In this document: positions 7,222 through 16,126 of the stretch, piece by piece
How positions within the stretch are numbered: the stretch's first letter is position 1
Layout: each line of letters starts with the position of its first letter
Virus record (IMG/VR): IMGVR_UViG_3300045012_000181
Span: 61,607-125,606 of that record
Source of the DNA: a virus
Strand: one strand, 5' to 3'
Length of the DNA: 64,000 bases
The notes under the pieces: model-generated
Told to the model about the DNA's origin: nothing
The model's input: only the letters and a program-made list of their open reading frames with translations
Database searches by the model: none
Program-made: the position numbers and the translations under genes

Positions 7222-9846
7222 ATGAAACGTTTCACGCTTGTTATAGGGCTTTTGCTCTCTTTGGTACTACCGGCAACTGCACAGGTCCCAGACCCGTCAA
7301 AATGGGTTGTACTAAATCGTCTTGGCGATACAAGTAACAGTGAACTGGAATGCTATAAACCCTCTCAAATCACCACGGCCAGTAATGTTGCTACTGTGGC
7401 TGTTATTAGCCAAAGTACACCAACCTGTCACGATACAAATATGGACGGTTCCACTCGCACCACGCAATCCACAAGTTGGACTAGTGGTGCGATGCAGTCT
7501 ATTGGCACGTTTACTTTTGGGGACTTCCAATTTAATGCGCAGTTAAGCGGCGCTGGAACATGGCCGGGATTTCTGTGGTTGCTAGGTGCAAACTGCCAAG
7601 CCTCAAATATTCATAGTGCCGACAACATCGGCTCGTGTAACTGGCCCTTCGACACGTCCGATTCGGCGGAAATAGATATTGCAGAGGGCAAACCCGCTAA
7701 TCTTGGCAACAACGCCGTGGGACAGAACATTTGCTCGGGAGCCCCGGCGTGCGGAACCTTCACGGGGCAGGCGACCGTAAATAGCTATGCCTCTGGTAAT
7801 CACACCTACGAACTTATCTGGACATCCAGTTCCGTGACGTGGAAGGTGGATGGCGCTACGACGAACACCTATTCCGGGTCGAATATTCCACAGAACGCAA
7901 TGTTTATGATTGCCAATGTTGCGTTAGCGACTGCCGTTGGCGGCAGTCCACAGGCTGCGACTGCGAAACTAAACTGGGTGAAGGTCTGTTCCACGGCCTG
8001 TGCTAATGGCACAACGGGCGCACCGGCTTCAAATGGCGTGTTCTTCGACAATTTCCCTCAGCTAACACCGCCCTCTTTGTTCTTTAGTGATTTAGATAGC
8101 GGTGTGAATAGCGGTGGCGAAAATGTGGGGGGTTTTGCAGGTTCGTACGTTACGCTTTATGGGAAGAATTTAGGGGTTTCGCAAGGCACTAGTACAGTAA
8201 CTTGGAATGGGCTAAACTGTCTTCGTGTTCTTCCGTCAACTGGGGCCTATACCGGTTGGGGCATGGCCCATCTTTGGTATCAAGAGCTCATCGTTCAAAT
8301 AGGCTCCGGTTGCACCGCCGGCACCGGAAATTTCATTGTTACCACTCCTACCGGTACTTCAAATGCGGTGTCCTTTACCGTTCGTGCCGGCGGTCATATT
8401 TATTTCGTGGCGACCACAGGCAATGATTCCACAGGTACTGGTAGTATTGGCGCACCTTGGCTGACGCCGAAGAATGCCTTCAGTCATATGGGCGCGGGCG
8501 ACACGACCTACTGGGAAGGCGGCGTCATCGTTTCGAGCGGAGGCAGCGTTTCTGCTATGGATTGGGGTGCTAGCGGCACGGCCGGCAACCCCGTAGCAAT
8601 GGTCGCCTATCCAGGTGCGACGCCCCAACCGGGAGTGCAATGTACCGGTTGCACCAATGGTATCGCTGTTCGGTGCTCCGCCGGGTTCCCGTCCAGTTGC
8701 CAGTATTTCACGATGGCGGGACTATCAATCGCCGGAAACATCCAAGCATATTTCGACCAGTATAGCGGGAACAATGAACGCTTCGTCGGAAACTCCTATA
8801 CCTGCACGGGCAGTCCTGGTCAGGTCGGTTGTGTCCAAATCAGTGTGCATACGAACGTCAAGTTGTTTGGAAACGAAATCTCGAACATCGTGGGCAGCGC
8901 GCGTCAATATCACTCGCTTTATTTCTCGACGGACGCGAATCACATGGAGGCCGGATGGAACAGCCTCCACAACAACAACACTTGCCGGGATATCGTGTTC
9001 CATTCTTCGCCATTGGGTTCCGGGGGACCGACCGATCCAACAGGGCACCAGCAATACGATCTCTCTGTTCACGACAATTTGATCCACGACAACAAATGCG
9101 ATGGGATTGACTTCGCTAGCATCGATCCTTCGCAGGGAAAGGTCGAGGCTTACAACAATGTCATCTACAACGTTGGCAATGGCCCCGACCCGCCAGACGG
9201 AACCGGCAGTTACAGTGGTATCTATTTCGCGGATGCGTGTGAGGCTGGAAATGTTGGGTCAGGCGTAGCCGAAGTCTACAACAATACTTTCTATAATGTG
9301 GGCGGGCAAACGAGTATAGGCTTCGATAGTGCCATCACGAAATACGGCAACGGGCCCGGAGCGGCCTGCGGTGGCGGGAACAGTGCCATTACCATCAACG
9401 TCCGCAACAACATTATCCAGCAAACGAATGCCAACCAGGCCTATCTGGCGCAAGCCATAGCAGGAGGGCTGTCACAGATCCACGGCTCCAACAACGTCTG
9501 GTTCGGCAACGGCACAGGCCCGACTGCGGGTGCAGGAACATTCACAAGCAACATAAACTCCAACCCGGGTTTTATTAGCACTTCTACACCGGATTTTCAT
9601 TTAGTCGTTGTAAGCAGTCCGGCCAATGCTGCCGGAGTTGCAGTTACTGCAGGAAACACCTATAATAGCTATCCCCCGTGGCAAGGCAATGTTGCCACGG
9701 ATCATGACGGATTAGTCCGTCCAGCACCTCCGGCCATAGGCGCCTATGAGTTTTCGGCTGGCGTGGCCAGTACTTTAGCCCCGCCAACAAATTTACATGT
9801 TGTTCCACAAGTTCAACCCGCATTTGGTTTGTGGTTCCTTTTCTAA
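7222..9846 (+). CDS. Signal-peptide multidomain glycan-active protein: GH16 + IPT/TIG + right-handed beta-helix + choice-of-anchor-Q-like tail
   Basis: MKRFTLVIGLLLSLVLPATAQ signal; GTWPGFLWLLG...EIDIAE (ExDxxE); VTLYGKNLG..GTSTVTWNG; IYNNTF/NVRNNI repeats; DHDGLVRP..PAIGAYEF. Confidence 0.85.
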   Translation: MKRFTLVIGLLLSLVLPATAQVPDPSKWVVLNRLGDTSNSELECYKPSQITTASNVATVAVISQSTPTCHDTNMDGSTRTTQSTSWTSGAMQSIGTFTFGDFQFNAQLSGAGTWPGFLWLLGANCQASNIHSADNIGSCNWPFDTSDSAEIDIAEGKPANLGNNAVGQNICSGAPACGTFTGQATVNSYASGNHTYELIWTSSSVTWKVDGATTNTYSGSNIPQNAMFMIANVALATAVGGSPQAATAKLNWVKVCSTACANGTTGAPASNGVFFDNFPQLTPPSLFFSDLDSGVNSGGENVGGFAGSYVTLYGKNLGVSQGTSTVTWNGLNCLRVLPSTGAYTGWGMAHLWYQELIVQIGSGCTAGTGNFIVTTPTGTSNAVSFTVRAGGHIYFVATTGNDSTGTGSIGAPWLTPKNAFSHMGAGDTTYWEGGVIVSSGGSVSAMDWGASGTAGNPVAMVAYPGATPQPGVQCTGCTNGIAVRCSAGFPSSCQYFTMAGLSIAGNIQAYFDQYSGNNERFVGNSYTCTGSPGQVGCVQISVHTNVKLFGNEISNIVGSARQYHSLYFSTDANHMEAGWNSLHNNNTCRDIVFHSSPLGSGGPTDPTGHQQYDLSVHDNLIHDNKCDGIDFASIDPSQGKVEAYNNVIYNVGNGPDPPDGTGSYSGIYFADACEAGNVGSGVAEVYNNTFYNVGGQTSIGFDSAITKYGNGPGAACGGGNSAITINVRNNIIQQTNANQAYLAQAIAGGLSQIHGSNNVWFGNGTGPTAGAGTFTSNINSNPGFISTSTPDFHLVVVSSPANAAGVAVTAGNTYNSYPPWQGNVATDHDGLVRPAPPAIGAYEFSAGVASTLAPPTNLHVVPQVQPAFGLWFLF

Positions 9847-10590
9847 ATGGCTGCTCCAACAATACAGCAACATAAGGCTAATTTTACTAGTACAACTACG
9901 TCAACGAGTATTACCCTTACTAGTAACATAACCGCTGGTAACATGATTCTGTGTTGGATTGGAGCCGCTTCTGCGGCAGCGGGCAGCGGGCAGGTTATTG
10001 TAGGCACTCCAACAATGACCGGTGAAACCTTTGTAAAGGTGACCGGGGCATCCAATGCCGGAACTTCGGGCCATGGTCAAGTAGCCTGTTACGCCGTCAA
10101 TAGCGCAAACGGTGGACACAATGTTGTCAACGTCTCTACTAGCGGCGCGGGTGGTGCCAACGATGTCCACATTCATGTTCAGGAAATAACCGGGCAAATT
10201 GCCTCTCCTCAGGATGCCACAGGCAATACGGAATCAACTACGATTTCGGTTAGTACATCCGGCAGCACTTCAACAGCCAATGACTTAATCATTGCGTTCT
10301 TTTATGATGACATCAACAATCGCACGTATGTGGCAGAGAGCAGTCCTCTTGTTTATGCCCAAATCGATCAAACCAATAACGTAAGTGGTGGCGATGCGGC
10401 GTTCTCGGAATCGCTAACAGTTTCCTCCACGGGCATCAAAACAGCCACGGCTACCGGCACCTCTGGTGATACCATTGAGCAAGGCATCATTGCAATAGCC
10501 GGAACCGCCAGTGCAAACTTAACTTTTGAAGACGACAGCTACAACACAAATTTGGCTTGGCCTGTCGAACCACAAATCAGCGTTTGGTAG
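9847..10590 (+). CDS. Putative virion fibre/decoration protein
   Basis: SITLTSNITAGNMILCWI / ANDLIIAFF repeat-type beta domain; similar module near the C-terminus of the 28738 ORF. Confidence 0.7.
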   Translation: MAAPTIQQHKANFTSTTTSTSITLTSNITAGNMILCWIGAASAAAGSGQVIVGTPTMTGETFVKVTGASNAGTSGHGQVACYAVNSANGGHNVVNVSTSGAGGANDVHIHVQEITGQIASPQDATGNTESTTISVSTSGSTSTANDLIIAFFYDDINNRTYVAESSPLVYAQIDQTNNVSGGDAAFSESLTVSSTGIKTATATGTSGDTIEQGIIAIAGTASANLTFEDDSYNTNLAWPVEPQISVW

Positions 10591-10593
10591 AAA

Positions 10594-12081
10594 ATGCTAC
10601 GATACTTTTGGCCCAGTGACGATGAGCAGCTAGCCGGTCAATGGCAAGATAGCCATTTCGACGAGGATGCCGGTTGGTGGGTAAGTATTCAACAGGCCGG
10701 CGCTGTAGTAGCCTTGGCTGTCGGGCTAAGTATAGTCTCCACCAACACGCTGGCAGCCCAGCAGGTTTTTAGCCAGTCTCAAGACGATCCCGTTACTTTC
10801 TTTTCCAATGTTATTCCTATACAGGAAGAATACTGGCAGAATCCCGTACCGCCATTCAACTGGCCCCAAACTGCTGTCATAACAGATGACGATGTTCATC
10901 CCACGTATGCCCCGGTTTATCAACCGGATGAGGATCGTTGGGACCCCCAGATTCCGTCTGTCCCGGCAAGCAATTTTGTTCAGCTGCCTTTTGTTGATAG
11001 CGAAAACACGCCGACTTTCGTTGCGGCCGTTCCTGTCACTGACGAACAAAGTCCTTGGGTCCCGCAACCACCGCCTTACGATACACCCTGGACGCTCATG
11101 TTGTTCTTGGACGACGGCAGCACCGTGCCGGTCTTCCAATATGATGAGGATTTCTGGGCCAATCCCGTTTCGCCTCAAAACTGGCCTCAGCCTCAACAGC
11201 CTTTTTCAGCCTCTGACGAGGATACACAAGTAATCCAGTTCGTGGCCGGTGAGGATCCAATTTGGCTACAATTGGTCCAACCTCTTCAGGCCATCTTGAA
11301 CTGGCCTCAACAGTGGCCTTTCGAACAGAACGAATCCACTAATCTTATTGCGTTCACGTCCGAGGATTCTTGGCAGAACCCCACTCCGCCAGTTCCTGCT
11401 AGCATATATCGTGTAGACCAGTGGGCTTTCGAACAAACTGACGCCACTGGTGCCTTATATTTGGATTTGGATGAAGGCCTGTCAGGCCCTCTTCCGGCCC
11501 CGGTTCCGGCCAGTTTGGCCCTGCTACAACAGTGGCCTTTCGAAATGCACGAACCGGCTTTCTTCCTCACGGTCATTCATGAGGAGGATTTGTGGGCCAA
11601 CCCTGTAGCGCCTGTAGCCAGCTATCCCGTTCCGGCTATCTATGGTTATATTCAGGCCGGGGATTTTGATGAGATAATTGGCCCCTTTCCCACATCCACT
11701 TTGGATGAATTGTATGCCAGCGGGCAGTTTATGGCCCCAACGGTTGCACCAGTTATAGACCGTAACTTTCTGCTATTACCTTATGAACCCGAACCCGAGG
11801 AAATACCGGCCGGCAGTTTGGTGCCCTTCATACCACCTCCGCCGCCTTTCTGTCCTTTGCCGCCAGCTGGTCCGGATGCCGATATTAGTATCAGCACCTT
11901 TTCGAATTTTAAGGGCGGTCCCGTTCTGGCGCTATTCTGTCGAATCTGTATGAGCAAGAATCCCCTCGTGGTCCGCGGGGATTATGCCATCTGGTGTCAG
12001 GATTGTTGTGCCTTTGTTTCAAAGCAGGATACCTACATGGGCACTACACAGGCCCCGGGGCAGTTTAAGGCGAGGTTCTAG
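10594..12081 (+). CDS. Acidic Pro/Trp/Gln repeat protein with C-terminal Zn ribbon
   Basis: Recurrent (D/E)ED.W.NP..P.PAS and QQWPFE units; FCRIC...WCQDC. Confidence 0.75.
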   Translation: MLRYFWPSDDEQLAGQWQDSHFDEDAGWWVSIQQAGAVVALAVGLSIVSTNTLAAQQVFSQSQDDPVTFFSNVIPIQEEYWQNPVPPFNWPQTAVITDDDVHPTYAPVYQPDEDRWDPQIPSVPASNFVQLPFVDSENTPTFVAAVPVTDEQSPWVPQPPPYDTPWTLMLFLDDGSTVPVFQYDEDFWANPVSPQNWPQPQQPFSASDEDTQVIQFVAGEDPIWLQLVQPLQAILNWPQQWPFEQNESTNLIAFTSEDSWQNPTPPVPASIYRVDQWAFEQTDATGALYLDLDEGLSGPLPAPVPASLALLQQWPFEMHEPAFFLTVIHEEDLWANPVAPVASYPVPAIYGYIQAGDFDEIIGPFPTSTLDELYASGQFMAPTVAPVIDRNFLLLPYEPEPEEIPAGSLVPFIPPPPPFCPLPPAGPDADISISTFSNFKGGPVLALFCRICMSKNPLVVRGDYAIWCQDCCAFVSKQDTYMGTTQAPGQFKARF

Positions 12082-12082
12082 A

Positions 12083-12445
12083 ATGCAAGTTGCGGATTCT
12101 GCGGTAAATTTGACGGGCCAAACCACTTCAATACCCGTCACACAGGCCTTTGCCAATCCCGTTTGTTCGGGTATGTATGCCGTTTGGGTCGATGTCATGG
12201 TTACTTCCCCCGGGACGGCTGGCACAGTGGTGGTTACGGTGGAATGGTCTAATGGGCAGGCCGCCGTTGGGGCTAGCACCGTTAGTAGTGCGCCTGTAAG
12301 TTTGGCCAGTATAGGCGAAACGGGGCTCTTATTGGGTTGTTTTTGGGCTGTGGCCAATGAACCCATCAGTTATAGCACCACCGTAACGGGCTCAACGGGC
12401 AATCCCGTCTATGTGCTCAGGTTGCGTTTCGAGTTCTTGGGCTAA
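12083..12445 (+). CDS. Putative virion beta-sandwich protein
   Basis: ATG12083 follows the upstream stop and GAGGT; ORF-track start at 11984 overlaps the previous gene. Confidence 0.65.
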   Translation: MQVADSAVNLTGQTTSIPVTQAFANPVCSGMYAVWVDVMVTSPGTAGTVVVTVEWSNGQAAVGASTVSSAPVSLASIGETGLLLGCFWAVANEPISYSTTVTGSTGNPVYVLRLRFEFLG

Positions 12446-12627
12446 TGAATATCGCCGTCATGGAATTTGCTTTTAATCCCGGCAGTCCGCCGCCTCCAGG
12501 GCAGCCCATTGTGACGGCCGGCGGAAATTTTTTGAATGGTCTGCAACACTTGGAAAGACCCCTTAAACATCTATGCTTGCTCATGTTCTTGAATATGCCG
12601 CTGGTCTTACGTTGGCTCTTTACATAG
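12445..12627 (+). CDS. Small hypothetical protein
   Basis: TAATG overlap; overlaps the next ORF by 55 nt. Confidence 0.35.
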   Translation: MNIAVMEFAFNPGSPPPPGQPIVTAGGNFLNGLQHLERPLKHLCLLMFLNMPLVLRWLFT

Positions 12628-12788
12628 GTGTTGGGCTCTTGAATAGGTTAGTTGTGGAGCTCACCCGGGCCCGTTTGATTACAGTGCCGCTTATTATTTG
12701 CAGTAATTGTGCTATTACCACGGCCTCCTGGTTGCATCCCCGGTGCGGTGGCGCGTTGTGTCCTAGGTGTTCAATTTGGAAATGGTAG
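12573..12788 (+). CDS. Small membrane-anchored Cys-rich protein
   Basis: Hydrophobic N-terminus; CSNC..H..C..CPRC. Confidence 0.5.
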   Translation: MLAHVLEYAAGLTLALYIGVGLLNRLVVELTRARLITVPLIICSNCAITTASWLHPRCGGALCPRCSIWKW

Positions 12789-12800
12789 AGGGTTAGTAAA

Positions 12801-14702
12801 ATTTCAGACCAATTCATCCAAGTTCCACCGCAATCAACGGGCCTCAAAATAGACTGCACCGAGTTGGTCGTCGGGGCTAACACCGTGGAACGCGAGCGGC
12901 AAAACATCGCCGACCCCTCGAATGCCGCAGGTCTGGCCGGAGTCGTGAATTCCGCGCCCGGTGGCAGCACTTATGGCCTCGTAACATGGAACCAGCCCAG
13001 TGGTACACAGGCCGTTTCCGGTAGTATAACGGCCACACAGGCCACGGGTTCAAATTTGCACGTTGTTGTGGACACCGCGCCCACTACCACGGTTACGGGA
13101 ACGGTTGGGGCCACGCAGAGCACGAGCCCTTGGGTAGACAACCTTACACAGGTTGCGGGCACGGCCCTAGGCGCCACGGCTGTCGTGAATTATGGTTCAA
13201 CACCGGCTGCGGTTGTGGTGCCGGCTGTAAATGCCTTCGTCACGAATACCGTTCCGGTTACAGGGACCTTTTTTCAGGGCACGCAACCCGTCTCTGGAAC
13301 CGTAACCGCCAACCAAGGCACGGCCAACAGTTTGGCCAATGCCTGGCCCACGGAACTTACGGATGGCACCAATGGTCCAGCTGCCGTTAAGGCCGCCAGT
13401 ACTGCGGCCGTTGTTGCAGACAAGGCCCTTGTAGTAGCCGTTAGCCCCAATAATAGCGTGGCCGTAACGGGCACATTTTTTCAAGGCACCCAGCCCGTTA
13501 GTGGTACGGTCACGGCCAATCAGGGCACGGCCAATACCGCAGCCAATAGTTGGCAAGTTGAAGTCACAGACGGCACCAACGTTCTGGGCGTCTCAGCGCA
13601 TCCACTTCGCGTGGACCCCACGGGCACCACCACGCAGCCCGTTTCAGGCACAGTTACAGTAGGCAATGCCAGTCTGGCCGTTACACAAAGTACAAGTCCG
13701 TGGGTTGATAATATCACCCAGGTGGCCAGTACTGCACTGGGCGTACCGCAGACCTTTGGGACGGCGCCGACGGGCGTAGTAATCGGGACCAGTTCGGACA
13801 TGTATATCGCGGGTACGAGGGCCCGCTCAAATCAAACCACGACGGCGGCCGGTGTTCAGGATGTAAACCTTGTGGGCACACTGGGCGTAACCAACTCCGT
13901 GACTAATGGCTCCTTCATGGCCATCACGGACAACACCACCAAGGCCGGCGTCATAGCCGCTACGACGGCCCTCAAGACCGATTTGAGTTCCGTGGCTGGT
14001 ACGGCCACCAGTACGGCCGCTTCGGGCGTGCAAAAAGTCGGCATCACTGGAAACGCCAACGCCACTTTAGATAGCACAATCGGGGCGGCCACAGCACCGA
14101 CGAATGCCTTGGCCACGTCAGCGGTATATCAGACCACGGTTCCGGCCCTTACGGCTGGACAAGCTGTAGCTGTACAAGCCGACTCCACTGGTAGCACCTT
14201 CGTTAACATAGAAGGGCGTCGAGCAACTTATGCCTCGGGAAATTCCGGTCTAACATCGGTAGCGGGCGTTGGTGCTTTTCTTCAGGGTTCCTCAACCAAA
14301 ACAGTTCGAATTGTCAAGGTGGGTCTTAACTATATTGCCACGAGCACCACGCTGGCCTATCATACCATAAAGTTAAATCGTTACAGTGCACTATCAGGTG
14401 GCACAAACGTAGCGGACACCATTACAAAATTGGACACAAACAACGGTACGGCCACCGCAGTTTGCGACCATGTAACGGCCGTAAACACAACTCAAACTCT
14501 AGTGGGGACTGCAGTTTTAGACCAAGGTCTTGCACTTTCCACGACGGTAGTGGCCACTTGTCCAGTCTACAGTAAGGAATGGACGTTCGGCGGCTTGCCA
14601 GCCCAGGCTTTTGTTCTGAGGGGAACCACGGATTTTCTTGGAGTTTTGTTTGATGCCGCAACCCTAACCTATGGGTATTGGATAGAATGGACGGAAGAGT
14701 AA
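12801..14702 (+). CDS. T/A/G-rich fibre-like virion protein with internal repeats; proposed ATT start
   Basis: In-frame TAG at 12786, GAGGG SD, then ATT-TCA-GAC-CAA (xSDQFIQVPPQSTG..); duplicated GTFFQGTQPVSGTVTANQGTAN and TQSTSPWVDN.TQVA.TALG. Confidence 0.7.
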   Translation: MSDQFIQVPPQSTGLKIDCTELVVGANTVERERQNIADPSNAAGLAGVVNSAPGGSTYGLVTWNQPSGTQAVSGSITATQATGSNLHVVVDTAPTTTVTGTVGATQSTSPWVDNLTQVAGTALGATAVVNYGSTPAAVVVPAVNAFVTNTVPVTGTFFQGTQPVSGTVTANQGTANSLANAWPTELTDGTNGPAAVKAASTAAVVADKALVVAVSPNNSVAVTGTFFQGTQPVSGTVTANQGTANTAANSWQVEVTDGTNVLGVSAHPLRVDPTGTTTQPVSGTVTVGNASLAVTQSTSPWVDNITQVASTALGVPQTFGTAPTGVVIGTSSDMYIAGTRARSNQTTTAAGVQDVNLVGTLGVTNSVTNGSFMAITDNTTKAGVIAATTALKTDLSSVAGTATSTAASGVQKVGITGNANATLDSTIGAATAPTNALATSAVYQTTVPALTAGQAVAVQADSTGSTFVNIEGRRATYASGNSGLTSVAGVGAFLQGSSTKTVRIVKVGLNYIATSTTLAYHTIKLNRYSALSGGTNVADTITKLDTNNGTATAVCDHVTAVNTTQTLVGTAVLDQGLALSTTVVATCPVYSKEWTFGGLPAQAFVLRGTTDFLGVLFDAATLTYGYWIEWTEE

Positions 14703-14703
14703 A

Positions 14704-15006
14704 ATGGCTCTTAAAACCTATATAGGCTTTCTGGGACAGGTGAAGGGTGACGGTGTTTCTACCACTTGCTCTGTTAATTTGCTTACAGACCCTGTTGGCT
14801 ATCAGTTGCCCAGCAGTGGTGTGGCGCTGCCTTTTACAATAACAGCCACAATCTTGCCTACAACTATTACCGATCCATTCTCCTCGGATGGACAAACACC
14901 CACCATGGCTTTTGGGCTCACGCACAATATTGTAAATGTAACCTGGCCCTTAGCACCTGGTAATGGGGCCTTTTTGAGCTTTGGTGGAAATCTCTATTTT
15001 TCTTAG
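14704..15006 (+). CDS. Small virion protein, paralog of the next gene
   Basis: MALKT..G.V.GD.VST..L..DP shared with the 15018 ORF. Confidence 0.7.
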   Translation: MALKTYIGFLGQVKGDGVSTTCSVNLLTDPVGYQLPSSGVALPFTITATILPTTITDPFSSDGQTPTMAFGLTHNIVNVTWPLAPGNGAFLSFGGNLYFS

Positions 15007-15017
15007 AAGGAGTTTTA

Positions 15018-15302
15018 GTGGCGATTAAAACGGAATTTAACATTACTGGGAATGTGCAAGGAGACAATGTCTCAACGGTGTTTGTTCTCGACCTAGAGCG
15101 GGATCCATACACTATTGCGATAGGTACTCCAGTTATTAACTGGTTCGCCGTGGATGGAAAGTCCACCAAGGCATCGGGAATTGTAGGGTTAGATGGAAAT
15201 TCTTACAGTCTGCTGGATACTAAGGTTACTATAACCTTTCCTACTGCACCCGCCAATACGCCTACTAGTGCTGGTTTTACCTTTTTCTTACTTTTTGATT
15301 AA
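15018..15302 (+). CDS. Small virion protein, paralog of the previous gene
   Basis: AAGGAG SD with GTG start; MAIKT..GNVQGDNVST..L.RDP. Confidence 0.7.
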   Translation: MAIKTEFNITGNVQGDNVSTVFVLDLERDPYTIAIGTPVINWFAVDGKSTKASGIVGLDGNSYSLLDTKVTITFPTAPANTPTSAGFTFFLLFD

Positions 15303-15312
15303 AGGGGGTCCT

Positions 15313-15735
15313 TTGGCCACACTGGAATGGGCTGCAGGCTTTATAGACGGCGAGGGATGTGTGGATATTTGGACTACCAAGAAAGGACAGCAATGTGTTC
15401 GCCTGTCCGTTACTAATACACACTTACCAGCCCTGAAAGAACTACAAAGCCTTTTTGGCGGCGGACGAATTTGGTTAAGAAAAGGTTCAAAATATCCCAA
15501 TGCGTTGCCATGTTACCAAATTACATGGCATGGTAAAAAAGGTGTGGAACCGATTTTACAAGCTATTCTTCTGTATTCAGTTGTCAAACGAGAACAGATT
15601 AAGTTCGTACTGGACTCTTGGATGCCACGAATCAAGAAATCTGGTACGGGCAAGTTAACAGAAGAAGAAATTAAAATGCGTGGCGAACTAAAAGAGATGC
15701 TCTCCAAAATGAAGCATCAAGCCTATACACAATAA
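15313..15735 (+). CDS. Free-standing LAGLIDADG homing endonuclease
   Basis: WAAGFIDGEGCV, LSVTNT...L..LQ.LFGGG; AAGGGGG SD with TTG15313. Confidence 0.85.
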   Translation: MATLEWAAGFIDGEGCVDIWTTKKGQQCVRLSVTNTHLPALKELQSLFGGGRIWLRKGSKYPNALPCYQITWHGKKGVEPILQAILLYSVVKREQIKFVLDSWMPRIKKSGTGKLTEEEIKMRGELKEMLSKMKHQAYTQ

Positions 15736-15747
15736 GGGAGAACTTCA

Positions 15748-16101
15748 ATCGCCACATTTGCAGCAGTGTTTTCACCCAGCTCGGCCTCAGGCGGAGTGGA
15801 ATCTGTAACTAAACAGACAATCGCACCAGCGGCCTCCGGTGCAGAAATTGTCTTGGGTACCAACCAACTATTCGCCATCTGTGGAATTGCCGTTGGAACG
15901 CCCGGCGCCACTACGGGCGCCAATATCAATCTGGAGTTTGGTCCGCCGGGCCTTGGAGCCGCCTCAGCTGCTGACATGGGCCTTCCAGTCAATCAAGTCT
16001 TCACATTCGATATGAGTGACGAGTTTAGGAGTATTAGGGTCTTCAACAACTGCACCACAACCAACGTAGATGTATACGTAATGAAGCTCAAGCGCACTTA
16101 G
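15748..16101 (+). CDS. Putative virion protein; proposed ATC start
   Basis: GGGAG 7 nt upstream of ATC-GCC-ACA-TTT; GTG15766 has no SD. Confidence 0.6.
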   Translation: MATFAAVFSPSSASGGVESVTKQTIAPAASGAEIVLGTNQLFAICGIAVGTPGATTGANINLEFGPPGLGAASAADMGLPVNQVFTFDMSDEFRSIRVFNNCTTTNVDVYVMKLKRT

Positions 16102-16126
16102 CAGTACAGTGAGGGAACTTTAGAAA

